A stretch of DNA of 63,928 bases, filler included, from Collodictyon triciliatum (lineage: Eukaryota): NCBI GenBank assembly GCA_043381765.1. It is 7 parts of 7 records of this genome, joined end to end, with 100 filler letters (N's around TTAATTAATTAA, not from the genome) between each part and the next. Parts side by side here need not be neighbours in the genome. Positions count along the whole stretch, not along the records: positions 56,229 to 63,928 come from JBHJMP010000117.1; 6 more parts are not named here. One strand, 5' to 3'. Shown here piece by piece: positions 62,001 through 63,928 of this stretch. Position 1 is the first letter of the stretch. Each line of letters begins with the position of its first letter. The notes beneath the pieces are model-generated. The model worked only from the letters and a program-made list of their open reading frames with translations. It made no database searches and was not told the origin of the DNA. The position numbers and the translations under genes were made by a program.

Positions 62001-62646
62001 TACAAAGAGCCCGACACCAGGAGTTGATACTAAGCGAGACGACCCTTATATCCAAACGCAATAATCCTTTCTCAGCCTTTTCTCCACACAAGACTTTGCC
62101 AAGGACATCTGTGTCATCGTTTTCCAAAGAAATAATAGAAATAATGACATATTGATTTACCCTGATGATTTTATATGAGCCACATAATCAAACACCCCAC
62201 GTGGAATATTTTGCACGTTTAGTAGAGTCAACCAGAATGTGTTGTAACCCCCTTGACATTTTCTTGTTTCTTTTTTCTTTCGCCGCACCCGCCAGCGTTG
62301 TTAACCTCAGAAACACAAAAGGAAACATCGATGACTGGTTCACTTGGTGCCAGGTTAGTTACTTTTCTTTTCTTTTATTCTTAAGGCAATACATAAAGGG
62401 TAAATTCTCCTTGGACTCTATATTTTGATTCAGCAACACAAATGGCGAAGATAAGCAGATATATTTATTCTCTGATTGACCACCTACAACACTCTACTTC
62501 ATCTCATCAAGAGTTGTCGTCACGGCGGGCATGCAAAACACATGTCAGACTGGTTCGCCTCGCATTCTGTGTGTCCTGTATATGACTGTAACTGTCCGTG
62601 CATGTCCCTCGACAATTACCCGGACACAAAGACACCGCCATCTTAG
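56268..62646 (+). CDS. MIOS: GATOR2/SEA complex subunit MIOS (Sea4); 5' part lost in the gap
   Basis: WD40 exons (HTKAVQGIHFDPF, IAWCPTREGVLA), LEGILLTG, LITNYVNTTSDVQTA, YRDLMDRWQLWHERA, and C-terminal CPNCRRPLPRCAVC...WFTWCQSCRHGGHAKH...CPVYDCNCPC. Stop TAG at 62644-62646. Confidence 0.9.
58281..58319 (+). mobile_element. Family A insertion (39 bp)
   Basis: CATAACCTCGCTGCACTTTGAATCGAATAAAGGAAAAAA matches the last ~40 nt of the 41.6/41.9 kb copies. Further degenerate copies at about 7463, 13551(-), 22680(-), 50863, 54085 and 63185. Confidence 0.75.
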
Positions 62647-62925
62647 TTTTCGAGGGAAAGCAGGCCACCATGGAAGCACTGTTTTCAAGTCTTGACCAGC
62701 AAAAACCTTTTGTCAGGCGAGAATCGTCCCTCAAACCATCGTGTTCCTTCAATTCCTTTTTTTTTTTTTTTCACTCTCCTTTTTTTCTCTCAGTTGATTC
62801 CTACATCTTGTTTGCATTCATTTCATGAGTTGTTTGCGCACATCTTCAGATTTCCCGTCTCCATCCACTTGATTACTTGATAAAACAAATAAAATGAATA
62901 AATAAAATACCCTTTCACTTTTTTT

Positions 62926-63793
62926 TCATTGGAAAAAATGAACAAAACAAACCACACAAAGGCCATACCCAACGGGTGGTAATATTATGGAAGTACTTTT
63001 TTTTCCATCTATTTTGTTGATCGGCCATAATAAATACGTAATTGAAGCATCTGAAAAAGATTCGTATGGAGCGCATTGAACCGAGTTACTTCGGCAATAG
63101 TTTAATGACAGCTTCTCGAGCGCGTCCATTCTGGCTTCTGGAAGAAGAAAGAAAAAAAAGACCGATTATTATTGAAAGAAGGTTACTTTGCATCGAATAA
63201 AGGGGAAACATATTGTGATTTAAAAAGAGGAAACATATTGACGCGAATCCGTTTGCACTCTGTGTTCGAGGAAAGTATCAAACAAATCTGAATTCATACT
63301 TGAAAAAAGAGGACAGGGCAATATCAATCCACAAGTCTACGTGCGTGACTCCGGGTAGAAACTCACAGCTAACATCGGCCCCCGCATCTCGAAGAATCTA
63401 CATAGGCATAAGATTATTTGGTATAGAAAAATAGTAAAATAAACTCTTTATATAAAAAATGAAGTGAATAAGAGAAGAGAAGAGAAGAGAAGAGAAGAGA
63501 AGAGAAGAGAAGAGAAGAGAAGAACAAACCCCAGCAAACTTCTCTGAAGAGGAAGTCGGAACAACATGGTCACCATCGCCATGCAACTGAGAATTAAGAC
63601 AGAAAGCATGGGTCGAGTTTCGTATTTTCAAATATGTTTGTAATATAAAAATTACAGGACATTCATTTACCACAAACATGAAAATGAAACCTGAAAGGCT
63701 TAATTTTTTAAAATTAAAGTCCAGAAAATGCAAGAGAAATTAAACATACAAGATGAATCTTTGGTAAAATATTCGCATGTTCAGACTTGCCTC
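62926..63793 (-). CDS. 3' part of an alpha/beta hydrolase (ICME/prenylcysteine methylesterase-like); continues beyond the window
   Basis: Spliced LPKIHL|LHGDGDHVVPTSSSEKFA and EFLPGVTHVDL (catalytic Asp and His motifs). Last exons and stop are uncertain. Confidence 0.55.
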
Positions 63794-63828
63794 CTGTATA
63801 TGTCAGTTGCGAATATAGATGATTTTAT

Positions 63829-63928
63829 GTAAAGTAAAGTAAAGTAAAGTAAAGTAAAGTAAAGTAAAGTAAAGTAAAGTAAAGTAAAGTAAAGTAAAGT
63901 AAAGTAAAGTAAAGTAAAGTAAAGTAAA
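63829..63928. repeat. (GTAAA)n microsatellite
   Basis: Tandem array running to the window end. Confidence 0.95.

Overview
AT-rich, intron-dense eukaryotic (probably protist) draft genomic DNA in the standard genetic code: TAA, TAG and TGA are all used as stops, and introns are almost all GT-AG with weak donors and many microsatellites. Six gaps carry an artificial N-TTAATTAATTAA-N linker, so adjacency across them is unverified. By splicing exons by hand I reconstruct 12 host genes: a CAMKL/MARK-like kinase, a degenerate kinesin motor fused to LRRs, a GH47 alpha-1,2-mannosidase, a purple acid phosphatase, RhoGDI, two tandem USP4/11/15-like deubiquitinases, an NDUFAF4-like protein, Vps10/sortilin, an IRE/Greatwall/Rim15-like AGC kinase, MIOS (GATOR2) and a partial alpha/beta hydrolase. 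The main accessory find is a frameshifted Fanzor1 (eukaryotic TnpB-like RNA-guided nuclease) relic at about 41.9-43.2 kb. Its 3' end overlaps a highly structured segment (hairpins plus a pseudoknot) that is a candidate omegaRNA. Two families of ultra-short, poly(A)-tailed, TSD-flanked retroposon ends are scattered through the introns. All family assignments come from recognising motifs by eye; no database searches were run.
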